The position numbers were made by a program, and so were the translations under genes. The notes below the pieces were generated by a model. It saw only the letters and a program-made list of their open reading frames with translations, was not told where the DNA came from and ran no database searches. Below, piece by piece: positions 1 through 9,857 of a stretch of DNA of 64,000 nt; within the stretch, counting starts at the first letter, position 1, and the number at the start of each line of letters is the position of its first letter. This DNA is from Armatimonadota bacterium. GTDB taxonomy: Bacteria; Armatimonadota; Fimbriimonadia; Fimbriimonadales; Fimbriimonadaceae. Location of the stretch: contig JANPAV010000153.1 in assembly GCA_031430115.1 (NCBI GenBank), forward strand, positions 19,880 through 83,879, in the 5' to 3' direction.

Positions 1-146
1 TTGCGCCCGGAGGAACGAGCTAGGTTGAAGATTTCGTGGATTTCCTGAGCTGTCGTTGGTCGGTAGACAAATGCGTCGGCATACTCAGACTGTCCGAATC
101 CACTGATTCGATCGAGATGGTCAACAGAAAGTTCGGCGGAACTCAT
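1..146 (-). CDS. FAD-binding oxidoreductase, DprE1-like (5' part only; runs off the window edge)
   Basis: Hand translation of the minus strand from ATG at 146, which overlaps the SDR stop (ATGA): MSSAELSVDHLDRISGFGQSEYADAFVYRPTTAQEIHEIFNLARSSGR. This resembles a FAD-binding PCMH-type N-terminus (xxPxxxxEI), and the gene follows ubiA and an SDR. Not in the ORF track. Confidence 0.6.
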   Translation of the reverse strand, partial: MSSAELSVDHLDRISGFGQSEYADAFVYRPTTAQEIHEIFNLARSSGR

Positions 147-865
147 AGTTTGAGCTTGCGGAAGATTGGGCTGGGAATGCGCTTAATGATGTAGAACGCA
201 AATCGATGAAAGAACTTGAGATAGTGTTCGCCGGTCTTGTCGAATTTTCTTACGCAAATCTCAGCGGCCTGTCGGGCAGACATTTTGCTCATCTTTATGT
301 GTTTCGCCAGTTCTGTGTCGACGGGACCTGGCTTGATGGTACTTACGACAACACCATAACGGCATAGACGGTTCCGCATGGATTCGAGGTACGAATGGAG
401 AAATGCCTTGGAAGCGTTGTAAACAGGTTGTAGTTGCCTTCCTCGATCGCCAGCAACGCTGCCGATTCCAACGAGTGAGCCGTGCTTTGTATTTTGGAAT
501 CGATTTGCAGCTTGGTTGCACCATGCGATTGCGCCAACCATGTTGACATTTACCATTTCCATGTCCTTGGTAAACGAGAATTCGTTGGATTCAACTTCCG
601 GCATGACTCCGCTGTTGTAAACAAAAAGGTCAAGGCCGCCCAGTTGTTTCGTGATTTCTAGGAACAGGTCCGGAACTTCATCGGTATTGATGACGTCGTG
701 TTCAAATGCTAGGACTTTGCCGGGGAATTCCGCGACAAGTTCATCAAGCATTGGTTTACGACGAGCAACTGCAGCGACAACTGTGCCTTGCGAAGCAAGA
801 ATTCGAACGATTTCTCGTCCAATGCCGGAGGAAGCTCCGATTATGATGGCGGTTTTAAATTTCAT
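143..865 (-). CDS. Short-chain dehydrogenase/reductase (DprE2-like by context)
   Basis: GASSGIG Rossmann motif, GSVAGDRGR, catalytic YNASK (YxxxK) and PGPVDT; ATGA-coupled to both neighbours. Confidence 0.85.
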   Translation of the reverse strand: MKFKTAIIIGASSGIGREIVRILASQGTVVAAVARRKPMLDELVAEFPGKVLAFEHDVINTDEVPDLFLEITKQLGGLDLFVYNSGVMPEVESNEFSFTKDMEMVNVNMVGAIAWCNQAANRFQNTKHGSLVGIGSVAGDRGRQLQPVYNASKAFLHSYLESMRNRLCRYGVVVSTIKPGPVDTELAKHIKMSKMSARQAAEICVRKFDKTGEHYLKFFHRFAFYIIKRIPSPIFRKLKL

Positions 866-1749
866 CGGTACAAGAAGGGTAAGGAAACGTTTTTGAGAGC
901 AACGATTGCGGCAATGCCAAAACCAATAAAGGTGATGATGAGTTGCTTATCTTTTAGGACGAGTGATTCTGGCTCACCACTCTCGCCAGAGCCGAATACG
1001 ATCACGATATAGCGAGCAATTCCGTAAAGAACGAATGGAGTTGTTAGTAGGAGTCCCGGATGTTGCCTTGCAGTTGGACTTTCGATGGAATAGACGCTGT
1101 AGGTTAATGCTGCGCATGTCGCCGAAAAGGCAACCAGCATGTCGAGAGATTGAAGCGAGTATTCCGCCAGGCTCTTTCTTGAATTCGATTGAGAACCCAT
1201 GAGAATGAACTCATGTCTTCGCTTACCAAAGCCAAGCATAAGGGCAAGAGTCGCCGTACAGAGAAGAATCCAGCCGGATACTGGCTCGTTGATTGCCAAG
1301 GCACCGATAATGACTCGAATGACGAATCCCAGGGCTATACAGGCTACATCTGCCACCGATTTGTTTCGCCAAGAAAGGTTGTAAAGTACTTGAAGGGCAA
1401 AGTAGGCAGCTAGGCCGAAAACAACGTTTGTATTGCTGATGAACCCTAAGCCAAAAGACAAAAACAAGAGGAGAATTGCGAGCCCGAGTGCAAAAGAAAT
1501 TGGAACTCGTCCAGAGGCGATTGGTCGATTCTTTTTGACCGGATGCCCACGGTCCTTTTCGACATCATAAATGTCGTTGACGATGTAAGTTGCTGAGGAC
1601 GCAAAACACATCGCAAGAAAGGCAAGGAGTACTGCTTGAGGCGAACCCGCAGTTTCCCACCCCTTTACAAAAATGAAAGCCGCGAAAACGAAGACGTTCT
1701 TTGTCCATTGTTTAACCCGTACGACTTTTATGAGATCTATGAATGACAT
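862..1749 (-). CDS. UbiA-family prenyltransferase, decaprenyl-phosphate phosphoribosyltransferase type
   Basis: RVKQWTKN, YIVNDIYDVEKDRGHPVKKNRPIASG and GFGKRRHE motifs, multiple TM helices, C-terminal PESLVLKD. Confidence 0.9.
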   Translation of the reverse strand: MSFIDLIKVVRVKQWTKNVFVFAAFIFVKGWETAGSPQAVLLAFLAMCFASSATYIVNDIYDVEKDRGHPVKKNRPIASGRVPISFALGLAILLLFLSFGLGFISNTNVVFGLAAYFALQVLYNLSWRNKSVADVACIALGFVIRVIIGALAINEPVSGWILLCTATLALMLGFGKRRHEFILMGSQSNSRKSLAEYSLQSLDMLVAFSATCAALTYSVYSIESPTARQHPGLLLTTPFVLYGIARYIVIVFGSGESGEPESLVLKDKQLIITFIGFGIAAIVALKNVSLPFLYR

Positions 1750-1819
1750 TCAGAAACTGTTAACCCAGTGATTTTACTGGGATAACAGTTTTGTCGGTTG
1801 TTTTGTGCCAATTTTGAGT

Positions 1820-3787
1820 CTAAAACGCCCAAACTGCCTTGATACTGATGCGATTTGATGTCCTCAGCGCATTTGGATCACCATAAATTAAGTAGTATTC
1901 GGCTCCTTTGAAGCCAGCGTGACGGTAACTAAAGAACAGATTTTGGTTGTTTCCGCGCATTACATAACGACTAGAAATGAGATCTTGAGGAGATATTTGG
2001 TAAGCCAATGTACCCACAGTTTGTCGCGCCGTGCCGGCGAGTTCTCGAACGGACTTATTGATAGTTAGATCAAGGTTCTTAACCAGCCGATAGCCAAACT
2101 TCATGATGTAGTAGTTGCTCGGTAAGCCATTTTGGGTTCCCCACTGATAATTCATGGCGAATTGCTTTTGGCGGTTACTGACATTAAATCCAGTCCCAAC
2201 AACGGTGTAGTCATCCAACACTCCACTGTAGGTGTAACGGACTTTTGCAACTCCGATGCCGATGTCATTCTTGAGCCCGACATTGTAGGAGCCATTAAAT
2301 CCATTTTCTTGGAGAACGCCATCGTATGTGCGGAATTGAGATGTTGAAAGGTTAACCCTAACGTCTCGGATTGCACCCTGCTTGATTCTCCTCTCTCGCC
2401 CGTAGTACAAGTAGCCGCCCTTTCGATCCGTCCACGGAATGAGAGCAAGGGCAGGCTTGAAATCGGGTGTGATCCACATATACTGCGCAAAAAGGAAATC
2501 ACCATTTCCTTGATAAGACAAACCGAACGTACCTGCGCTATCGGATTTTGAACCTTTATCGCTTTCCATTGCTGCACTAAAGTTAAAGCCAAGTGGTCCA
2601 GTGCGACGACTGAAATTCATGCCCAGAGAAGAGTTTTCTTTACCAGTTGCGCTCGTTGTTCCAAACATTCCAACATTCGATGTTGGCGAAAGGGTCTTGT
2701 TGACATTAAAGACGGCAGCTTTGTCACCTTCAAATTTGTTCGTGTACAGAGCTCCGAAGGCAAGGGATGGAGTTGCTTGTCCATAGACTTTCGTTGCCAT
2801 ATCGAAATCGGTAACCCTTCGGCTATAAAACATTGAACCGAAGCCACCCATGCTGTCTCCGGCTTGAAAAAAGCCTGATCCTTCGGAAAAGAATGGTCTT
2901 GATTCGCTTAGAAACCTTTCCGTGTGGACAAAATCGATTCCGGGCACGACATCTTGAATGTTTTTGAAGTCGGGAGCAAAACTCATAACCCCGGTTACCG
3001 ACGGAGTGAATGCGTATCGAGCATCCAGACCCATTCGGTTTTGAAGGATTCCGTGATCTAATTCCGGGGCGATGTAGCCCAGGAGTTGCAACTTTGCCTT
3101 TGGTGGAGCCGGAGGCTCAACGCCTTCCCAAATGCCTTGGAGTTCAGGTAGCGGGTTTTGGCGAGCATTTGCCCAACTGTAGGAGTTTTGAGTTCGACCT
3201 TGGGTGCGAACCAAGTTGATGTCCATGTTTAGCTTGTTCTTACTTGGAAGGTTTAGCATTTCCCAAGGAATTTCGATTTCGCAGATCCAACCGTCTGAAA
3301 CAATTGAAGTAGCAGCCTTCCATTCGCCTCGCCATTCGCGCTTATCGGTACGACCGCCAGCAATCTTCTCCGACTTGGTGCCTCGAACATTGACGGTGAA
3401 TTGGTTCAGTTGGCTAAATGTACGATTGCCAAACGCATTTATTCCAAAAGAAACAATGTCTTCTCCCTTAAAGTCGGAGTTCGGAATGACTTCCCGTCCA
3501 ATGATTTTTTCGGGCTCTTTGTCTTTGCAATAAAATGCCAAATAGATACCCTTCTTGGTATAAGCCAGCCATGCTTGCGTTGCTTCATTTGGCTCTCCTC
3601 CAGTCGAACGGTCCAAGAATGTGTTAACTACCGTGGCACTTTGCCACTCGACAGGATCCAATTTTCCATCGATGACGGGTGCCTTTTCAAGCTTTGAAGC
3701 CTTCATCGTTGGGACAACATCCAATGCATTTGCATAAGCGGAAATGGAAATTATGCCGACCATGGCAACGAGCGAAGACTTGTTCAT
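1820..3787 (-). CDS. Secreted/outer-membrane protein with a CBM9-like (DOMON) N-domain and a DUF5916-like beta-barrel
   Basis: Signal peptide MNKSSLVAMVG...AYA, APVIDGKLDPVEW and WICEIEIPW (CBM9-like), SESRPFFSEG and FYSRR (DUF5916-like), amphipathic beta-strands and a terminal Phe. Start moved from 3820 to ATG 3787. Confidence 0.65.
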   Translation of the reverse strand: MNKSSLVAMVGIISISAYANALDVVPTMKASKLEKAPVIDGKLDPVEWQSATVVNTFLDRSTGGEPNEATQAWLAYTKKGIYLAFYCKDKEPEKIIGREVIPNSDFKGEDIVSFGINAFGNRTFSQLNQFTVNVRGTKSEKIAGGRTDKREWRGEWKAATSIVSDGWICEIEIPWEMLNLPSKNKLNMDINLVRTQGRTQNSYSWANARQNPLPELQGIWEGVEPPAPPKAKLQLLGYIAPELDHGILQNRMGLDARYAFTPSVTGVMSFAPDFKNIQDVVPGIDFVHTERFLSESRPFFSEGSGFFQAGDSMGGFGSMFYSRRVTDFDMATKVYGQATPSLAFGALYTNKFEGDKAAVFNVNKTLSPTSNVGMFGTTSATGKENSSLGMNFSRRTGPLGFNFSAAMESDKGSKSDSAGTFGLSYQGNGDFLFAQYMWITPDFKPALALIPWTDRKGGYLYYGRERRIKQGAIRDVRVNLSTSQFRTYDGVLQENGFNGSYNVGLKNDIGIGVAKVRYTYSGVLDDYTVVGTGFNVSNRQKQFAMNYQWGTQNGLPSNYYIMKFGYRLVKNLDLTINKSVRELAGTARQTVGTLAYQISPQDLISSRYVMRGNNQNLFFSYRHAGFKGAEYYLIYGDPNALRTSNRISIKAVWAF

Positions 3788-3881
3788 AAATGAGTCGGTT
3801 ACATTTTGTAACAAATGCAACCAAGAGGATTACGGAGCCTATGGTTCAATTAGTTTCCCACCGCACACAATTGCTCAAAAG

Positions 3882-3919
3882 TACGATCAATCTCGACTTT
3901 GTTGTCTAGATTGATCGTA
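3882..3919. promoter_or_regulatory. Long inverted repeat in a divergent intergenic region
   Basis: TACGATCAATCT-c-GAC-tttgtt-GTC-t-AGATTGATCGTA, with 12-bp perfect outer arms. Confidence 0.55.
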
Positions 3920-3960
3920 GAACATCGTAATCGGTGCCAAAATACTCGATAGGATCAAAA

Positions 3961-4836
3961 ATGCAAACTTTAGAACAACAAATTGAAACTCGGGGATATG
4001 TTCACCCGGACAAATTAGTTTCCACAGATTGGCTCGAAGCGCACCAAGATGATTCCAGTGTAATCATCGTCGAATCAAACGAAGATTCGTTGCTGTATCC
4101 TTCTGGTCATATTCCTGGAGCCTACGAAATTGACTGGACAAGAGATCTCAATGATCCTGTTCGGCGAGACTATTTGCAAAGCGCCGAATTTTCTGCTTTG
4201 ATGTCGAGAATAGGTGCAAACCCTGACTCACTAATCGTTCTCTACGGTGATAAGAACAACTGGTGGGCCACTTATTCTCTTTGGGTTCTAGAACTTTTTG
4301 GTCACACCAACACTCGAATTTTGGATGGAGGACGGCTGAAATGGGTCAAGGAGGGTCGTGATCTTTCTCGGGAAGTTCCAGCAGCAAAGAATTCGGGTTA
4401 TCCGGTCGTTAGGCGTGACGATCAAACCGAAAGGGCGTTTCGAGACCAGGTAATGAGCCACTTAGAAACCGATGGAAAGCGAATTGACGTTCGATCACCG
4501 GACGAGTTTTCTGGTGCAAAGCTACATATGCCTGACTATCCGAACGAAGGCGCACTTCGAGGCGGGCATATTCCTGGAGCCAAGAGTGTTCCATGGGCAA
4601 AAGCAATCAATCCAGAAGATGGCACTTTTAAGACTTCAGAAGAACTGAAAGTAATTTACCAAGAGGGCGCAGATGCCCAGCCGGGTGATGATGTAATCGT
4701 GTATTGCCGAATTGGTGAGCGATCTAGCCACACTTGGTTTGTCCTTAAGTACTTGCTTGGTTACCCGAGAGTCAGGAACTACGATGGTTCATGGACTGAG
4801 TGGGGCAACCTGGTCGGTGTGCCGATCGAGAAGTAG
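3961..4836 (+). CDS. sseA: Thiosulfate sulfurtransferase (tandem rhodanese, SseA/CysA type)
   Basis: LVSTDWL, two GHIPGA motifs, active-site loop CRIGER and signature [12 protein letters not shown] Shine-Dalgarno before ATG 3961. Confidence 0.9.
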   Translation: MQTLEQQIETRGYVHPDKLVSTDWLEAHQDDSSVIIVESNEDSLLYPSGHIPGAYEIDWTRDLNDPVRRDYLQSAEFSALMSRIGANPDSLIVLYGDKNNWWATYSLWVLELFGHTNTRILDGGRLKWVKEGRDLSREVPAAKNSGYPVVRRDDQTERAFRDQVMSHLETDGKRIDVRSPDEFSGAKLHMPDYPNEGALRGGHIPGAKSVPWAKAINPEDGTFKTSEELKVIYQEGADAQPGDDVIVYCRIGERSSHTWFVLKYLLGYPRVRNYDGSWTEWGNLVGVPIEK

Positions 4837-5249
4837 TGCCGATTCCTGCAAAGCTCCAAGAGTATCTAGACGACTTGGCGATCTTTACTGATCGCCAAGA
4901 CCATATTGAGTATCTGATCGCATTGTCGGATGATTACAAGCATCCTGACGCTTCGTCCTTTGTTCGATCGGAGGAGAAGAAGGTTCCGGGTTGCGAGTCT
5001 GAAGTGTTTATCGAAGCCATTCTTCTAGGAAGTTCAATGAACTATCGATTTGCGGTAGATAATCCCCAAGGGATTAGCGCAATGGCAATGGCAGCAATTT
5101 TGCAGAGTTCATTGTCTGGAGCTTCAAAAGAAGAAATCGTTGCGGTTGAAGAGGACGTTGTTTTTAAGATCTTCGGCAATGAACTTTCGATGGGAAAGAA
5201 CCTTGGCTTGACCAACATGATTCGTATTGTCAAGCGATTGGCTCAATAG
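4836..5249 (+). CDS. sufE: SufE-family sulfur acceptor protein
   Basis: KVPGCESEVF with the conserved Cys. GTG start overlaps the sulfurtransferase stop (TAGTG). Confidence 0.8.
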   Translation: MPIPAKLQEYLDDLAIFTDRQDHIEYLIALSDDYKHPDASSFVRSEEKKVPGCESEVFIEAILLGSSMNYRFAVDNPQGISAMAMAAILQSSLSGASKEEIVAVEEDVVFKIFGNELSMGKNLGLTNMIRIVKRLAQ

Positions 5250-5300
5250 CACTTCACATTTAAAGTTGATTTTAGTGCGCTATTGTGAGAAACTAGCGCG

Positions 5301-8198
5301 GTGAAGCAATTATTCTGCATAGCTCTTGCCATTTCCATGGGAGCAACTGCATTCTCTCAAGATATTAAGCCCTGGGACAAGGCGGCTGAACGAGCCAAAT
5401 ATCACTCTAAGATTGTTCGAGGCATGCCCGCCTCGATGCGTGACGCATCTTATGCCAAGCGACTTTCGATGGAGGCCGACTCTCCTTTCGGCGGATTTTC
5501 TTGGCGAAATGTAGGACCAGAATCGCAAAGTGGTCGAGTTTTAACAATTGCAGCGCCGGAAAGCAAGCCAAACCAAATCTACGTAAGTTTTGCGACTGGT
5601 GGACTGTTCCGAACCGAAGATGAGGGTCAATCTTGGACATCGCTTTGGGACAATCAATCCAGTTTTGGAATTGGAGACTTTGCACTATCCAAGGATGGTC
5701 AAACGATTTGGCTGGGTACAGGTGAAGCAAATAACCAGCGAACGAGTTATTCCGGCACTGGCGTTTTTAAGTCTACTGATGCCGGCAAGACTTGGAATTT
5801 CATGGGCTTGCCCGAAAGTCACCATATTGCAAAAGTATTGATTGATCCTAAGGACGAAAATACGGTTTGGGTTTCGGTTATGGGACACTTATATTCCCAG
5901 AATCCTGAGCGAGGACTTTATAAGACGACAGATGGCGGAAAAACTTGGAATTTAGTGCTTCAGAAAGACGATTGGACTGGATGTACCGATGTCCAATTGA
6001 ACCCAAAGAATAGTAAAGTCGCGATCGCGGCGATGTACACCCGGGACCGAAGGGCCTGGAACTTCTTGGAGTCTGGATCAGGAAGCGGCGTGCATCGAAC
6101 CGAAGACGGAGGAAAGACTTGGCAACTAGTCAACACCCTGCCTAGCGGCGAAAACTGTGGTCGAGTTGGACTTGCATGGGGGAGATCGAATGAAAAAATT
6201 GTCTATGCGTTTGTTGAAAACCCAGGCAAGAACGGAGATTGGGATAGTGACGATGAGCGAGTTGCGAGTGATCGATTGACGTTGCGCCGATTTGCGAACC
6301 TTGATGCGGAAGTGTTTGCCGACATCGACAACGCAATGTTGAAGACGTTTTGGACCACTTACGGACCCCAGGATTCAAAACTTGAAGACGTTGTCAAGGC
6401 GGTCAAGGATAAGAAAATGACCATGGCTGAAGTTCGCGCTCTTATTGAAAAAAGGAATCCGAACGCATTTGATCCTGGTCAGAATAACGACGAATTATAC
6501 AAATCAACCGACGGAGGCAAGACGTTTGCTCGGTCCAAAAAAGTTGGTGTCTTAGGCGGTTATTACTACAATGAGGTTTTTGTGAATCCATTGAATGAGA
6601 ACGACGTTTGGCTGACTGGTGTACCGATCATTCGTTCACTGGACGGCGGTGTAACTTGGAAAAATGGTGCCGACAATAGTGTTCACGTTGATTTCCATGC
6701 TGTTTATTACGATCCTCGCAATGCCGGTACCGTTTGGGTTGGAAGCGACGGAGGAGCCTATGTAAGTCGGAATAACGGCAAAAATTGGTACCACTTCGAG
6801 AATCTTAGTGTCGGTCAATCGACAACATTGGCGGTTGACGATGCTACTCCTTACAACATATACACAGGATTGCAAGATAACGGAACGATGAAGGGTCCAA
6901 ACACTTACATTGCTGGCGTAACCGATCCGACGATTTGGACAACAATTGGTGGCGGAGATGGTTCTTGGATAACAATCGATACTCGGGAGGATTCAAATAT
7001 GGTCTATACCGCTTCGCAATTTGGGGCTCACGGTGCTCGAAATACCAAGACAAATGTCGGATATTCAGCTCGTCCTCGAACGGGACCTAATGACCCTGTT
7101 CGAGCCAACTGGATTTCTCCTCTCGTCTTATCACCTCACATTGGTGATATCGTTTACGTCGGATTTAATAAGCTATTTAGATCGTTTGATAAGGGTCGGA
7201 CTTACAAGGCAATTTCACCGGATCTGACGAGAAATCGCCCTAATGGCGACGTCCCTCATTCAACGATCAAAGACGTTTCTGAAAGTCCTCTCAAGTTCGG
7301 TTTGATCTATTGTGGTGCAGACGATGGCCGGATGACGATGACCCCAGATGGCGGAAATACTTGGACAGATATTCCTACTCCACAACCTGAAAAGTGGATT
7401 TCAAAGGTCGTCGCCAGCAAGTACGATGAGAACACGGTCTATGTCTCGCAAAGTGGATACCGGGAAGATGACTGGTCTGCTTATCTTTGGAAATCTACGG
7501 ATAGAGGTGCAACATGGACTTCAATCGTAGGAAACCTTCCTCACGAGACCATCAACGTTGTTCGTGAAGATACAAAGAACAAGAACATTCTGTATGTTGG
7601 GACTGACATGGGCGTTTACATCACGTTTGATGGTGGGACGACTTGGGAAACACTTCATGGCGGGATGAGCCATCTTCCGGTACATGACCTGGTCATTCAG
7701 GAAAGGGAAGACGACTTGGTTATTGCGACCCATGCCCGCGGCTGTTTGGTCTTGAATCTAAAGACGATTCGGTCGATTACTCCTGAGCTTCGAAATGAAG
7801 ATTTGAAGATTCTGTCGTTAAGCGATGGAATTCGCGGATCATGGGGATATGAACGGCGGCCGGAATACAGTTCTGACATGCCGAAAGTCCCGACTGCGAA
7901 GGTTTCGTTCTATGCAAAAAATGCAGGGAAGACGAAGCTTGAAATTGTCGACAAAGATGGAAAGGTCATTCTTTCAAAGGAAGTCGAATCGATCAAAGGC
8001 TTTAACAATGCCGAGATTGGACTTCGCCTCAGCGACGAAAAGTTTGACGTGAAGAAACCAGCCAAGCCGAAGGATGGCAAGGAAGCGGTTAAGGATCCGT
8101 TCTTGGCTAACCGAGCCACCTATCTTGCTGCTGGCACCTATAAGTTCGTTGTGACAACGAACGGCAAGCGAGTCGAGAAAGACTGGAAACTGGAGTAG
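5301..8198 (+). CDS. Secreted BNR/Asp-box (VPS10/sortilin-like) beta-propeller protein, putative glycosyl hydrolase
   Basis: Signal peptide, WRNVGPESQSGRV, many S/TxDxGxTW Asp-boxes, LYVGTDMGVY, LVIATHARG and an Ig-like C-terminus. Confidence 0.8.
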   Translation: MKQLFCIALAISMGATAFSQDIKPWDKAAERAKYHSKIVRGMPASMRDASYAKRLSMEADSPFGGFSWRNVGPESQSGRVLTIAAPESKPNQIYVSFATGGLFRTEDEGQSWTSLWDNQSSFGIGDFALSKDGQTIWLGTGEANNQRTSYSGTGVFKSTDAGKTWNFMGLPESHHIAKVLIDPKDENTVWVSVMGHLYSQNPERGLYKTTDGGKTWNLVLQKDDWTGCTDVQLNPKNSKVAIAAMYTRDRRAWNFLESGSGSGVHRTEDGGKTWQLVNTLPSGENCGRVGLAWGRSNEKIVYAFVENPGKNGDWDSDDERVASDRLTLRRFANLDAEVFADIDNAMLKTFWTTYGPQDSKLEDVVKAVKDKKMTMAEVRALIEKRNPNAFDPGQNNDELYKSTDGGKTFARSKKVGVLGGYYYNEVFVNPLNENDVWLTGVPIIRSLDGGVTWKNGADNSVHVDFHAVYYDPRNAGTVWVGSDGGAYVSRNNGKNWYHFENLSVGQSTTLAVDDATPYNIYTGLQDNGTMKGPNTYIAGVTDPTIWTTIGGGDGSWITIDTREDSNMVYTASQFGAHGARNTKTNVGYSARPRTGPNDPVRANWISPLVLSPHIGDIVYVGFNKLFRSFDKGRTYKAISPDLTRNRPNGDVPHSTIKDVSESPLKFGLIYCGADDGRMTMTPDGGNTWTDIPTPQPEKWISKVVASKYDENTVYVSQSGYREDDWSAYLWKSTDRGATWTSIVGNLPHETINVVREDTKNKNILYVGTDMGVYITFDGGTTWETLHGGMSHLPVHDLVIQEREDDLVIATHARGCLVLNLKTIRSITPELRNEDLKILSLSDGIRGSWGYERRPEYSSDMPKVPTAKVSFYAKNAGKTKLEIVDKDGKVILSKEVESIKGFNNAEIGLRLSDEKFDVKKPAKPKDGKEAVKDPFLANRATYLAAGTYKFVVTTNGKRVEKDWKLE

Positions 8199-9857
8199 CT
8201 ACAGAAGCTTCAAGAGATCGCGAGCATTTGCAACTGCATGTTCGCTGACGGAATCGCCCGCTAACATGCGGGCGATTTCGTTGATTCGCTCTTCTTCGGT
8301 TAGACGGATGATGTCGGTTTGGACTCGTCCGCTTGATTCGCCTTTCTGGATTCGGAAGTGTTCGTTTGCCTGACTTGCCACCTGAGGAAGGTGGCTGATG
8401 GCGAGGACTTGGTAGTGTTCGCTCAGGGCCAGTATTTTTTTTCCGACCGCCGCCGCCGCGGCCCCGCCGAGCCCAGTGTCGACTTCGTCAAAAATAAGGG
8501 TCGGAACTCCTGCCCGACCAGCAAGAGCGCTCTTCATTGCAAGCATGACCCGGCTAATTTCTCCACCAGATGCAATCTTGGCGAGAGGTTTGAGCTCCTC
8601 GCCAGCGTTTGCACTAAAAAGGAACTCAACAAAATCAGCACCTTCCAGAGTTGGATCAATCGGCTTGATTTGAACCTGAAATTGGGTTCGTTCCATCGAA
8701 AGTTCAGCCAAGTGCTTTTGGACATCCTGGGCAAAGTTTTTTGATTTCGAGGTTCGCAAATTGGTGAGTGCTTGTGACTGGTCTCTCAGAATCGAACGAG
8801 CATCCTGAAGTGTCTTGAGCAGGGTTTCTTCGCTGGCTTCAATATCGGTGAGATTGTCCAGTTCCGCTTGGGCGTTGTGAAGGAAGTCCAGAATTTCATT
8901 TTCAGTTTCCCCGTATTTTCGCTTCAATTTTTTGAGCCCATCAAGCCTTTCGACGGTCAATTCTAACGAGGCGGGGTCAATGTCGATTTTGTCCAGGTAG
9001 CTTTGAAGGTTGTGAATACCTTCCTGAAGAAGCTCTAGTGACTCGACTAAATCAGTTACGTCAATGGAATCATCGATTTTGGCGATATCCTCGGCTTCTT
9101 TTAGCCCGATCGCCACAAGGTCACGAGCATTAATTTCGTCCTCAGAAAGGGAAGCCAGGGCCCTTTGCGCCGCACTAGAAATCTTTTCCGCGTTTGCCAG
9201 TCTCGCTAACGAGTTAACTAATTCCTTTTCTTCTCCTTCGACGACGCCAAAAGAGGAAATTTCTGTTACTTGAAAAGTGAGCATGTCCACTCGTTGTTCT
9301 CGTTCTTGAATGCCGCGTTGGAGAGCCTCGTACTTTCGCTTTGCGTCTTGCCAGTGGTTGAATTTAGTACCGACCTCAATTTTGAGATTCGATACCTCAG
9401 ATCCGATCCAAGCATCGAGGTACCTAATGTGAGTTTCCTCGTTTAAAAGGGCTTGGTGCTGATGTTGGCCGTGCAGGTCTACGATCTGGGCTCCAATTTC
9501 GCGAAGAACTGAAACTGGAACAGGCTTGTGATTGATCCTTGCTTGTGACCTTCCTTCGGCAAACACGTCTCGTTGAATGTAGATAACACCTTGTTCGGAC
9601 TCAATTCCAAGTTCTTCGATGGCTTTTAGAATGGATTCGTTCTGAGATAAGTCGACAACAAGCTGGACCGACGCTTTTGTGGCACCAGTTCTAACTAGTT
9701 CAGTGTCCGCACGTTCCCCGAGGCAAAGTTCTAACGCATCAATGAGTAGAGACTTTCCGGCGCCGGTTTCTCCAGTTAATGCGGTAAACCCGTCGAGAAA
9801 GGAGACGCTTGCCTTTTGAATGATTGCGAGATTCTCAACGTGTAGTTCGGTGATCAT
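8199..9857 (-). CDS. recN: DNA repair protein RecN
   Basis: TGETGAGKS Walker A, HGQHQHQ, coiled coil, ASGGEISRVML, FDEVDTG and ISHLPQVA. Confidence 0.97.
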   Translation of the reverse strand: MITELHVENLAIIQKASVSFLDGFTALTGETGAGKSLLIDALELCLGERADTELVRTGATKASVQLVVDLSQNESILKAIEELGIESEQGVIYIQRDVFAEGRSQARINHKPVPVSVLREIGAQIVDLHGQHQHQALLNEETHIRYLDAWIGSEVSNLKIEVGTKFNHWQDAKRKYEALQRGIQEREQRVDMLTFQVTEISSFGVVEGEEKELVNSLARLANAEKISSAAQRALASLSEDEINARDLVAIGLKEAEDIAKIDDSIDVTDLVESLELLQEGIHNLQSYLDKIDIDPASLELTVERLDGLKKLKRKYGETENEILDFLHNAQAELDNLTDIEASEETLLKTLQDARSILRDQSQALTNLRTSKSKNFAQDVQKHLAELSMERTQFQVQIKPIDPTLEGADFVEFLFSANAGEELKPLAKIASGGEISRVMLAMKSALAGRAGVPTLIFDEVDTGLGGAAAAAVGKKILALSEHYQVLAISHLPQVASQANEHFRIQKGESSGRVQTDIIRLTEEERINEIARMLAGDSVSEHAVANARDLLKLL

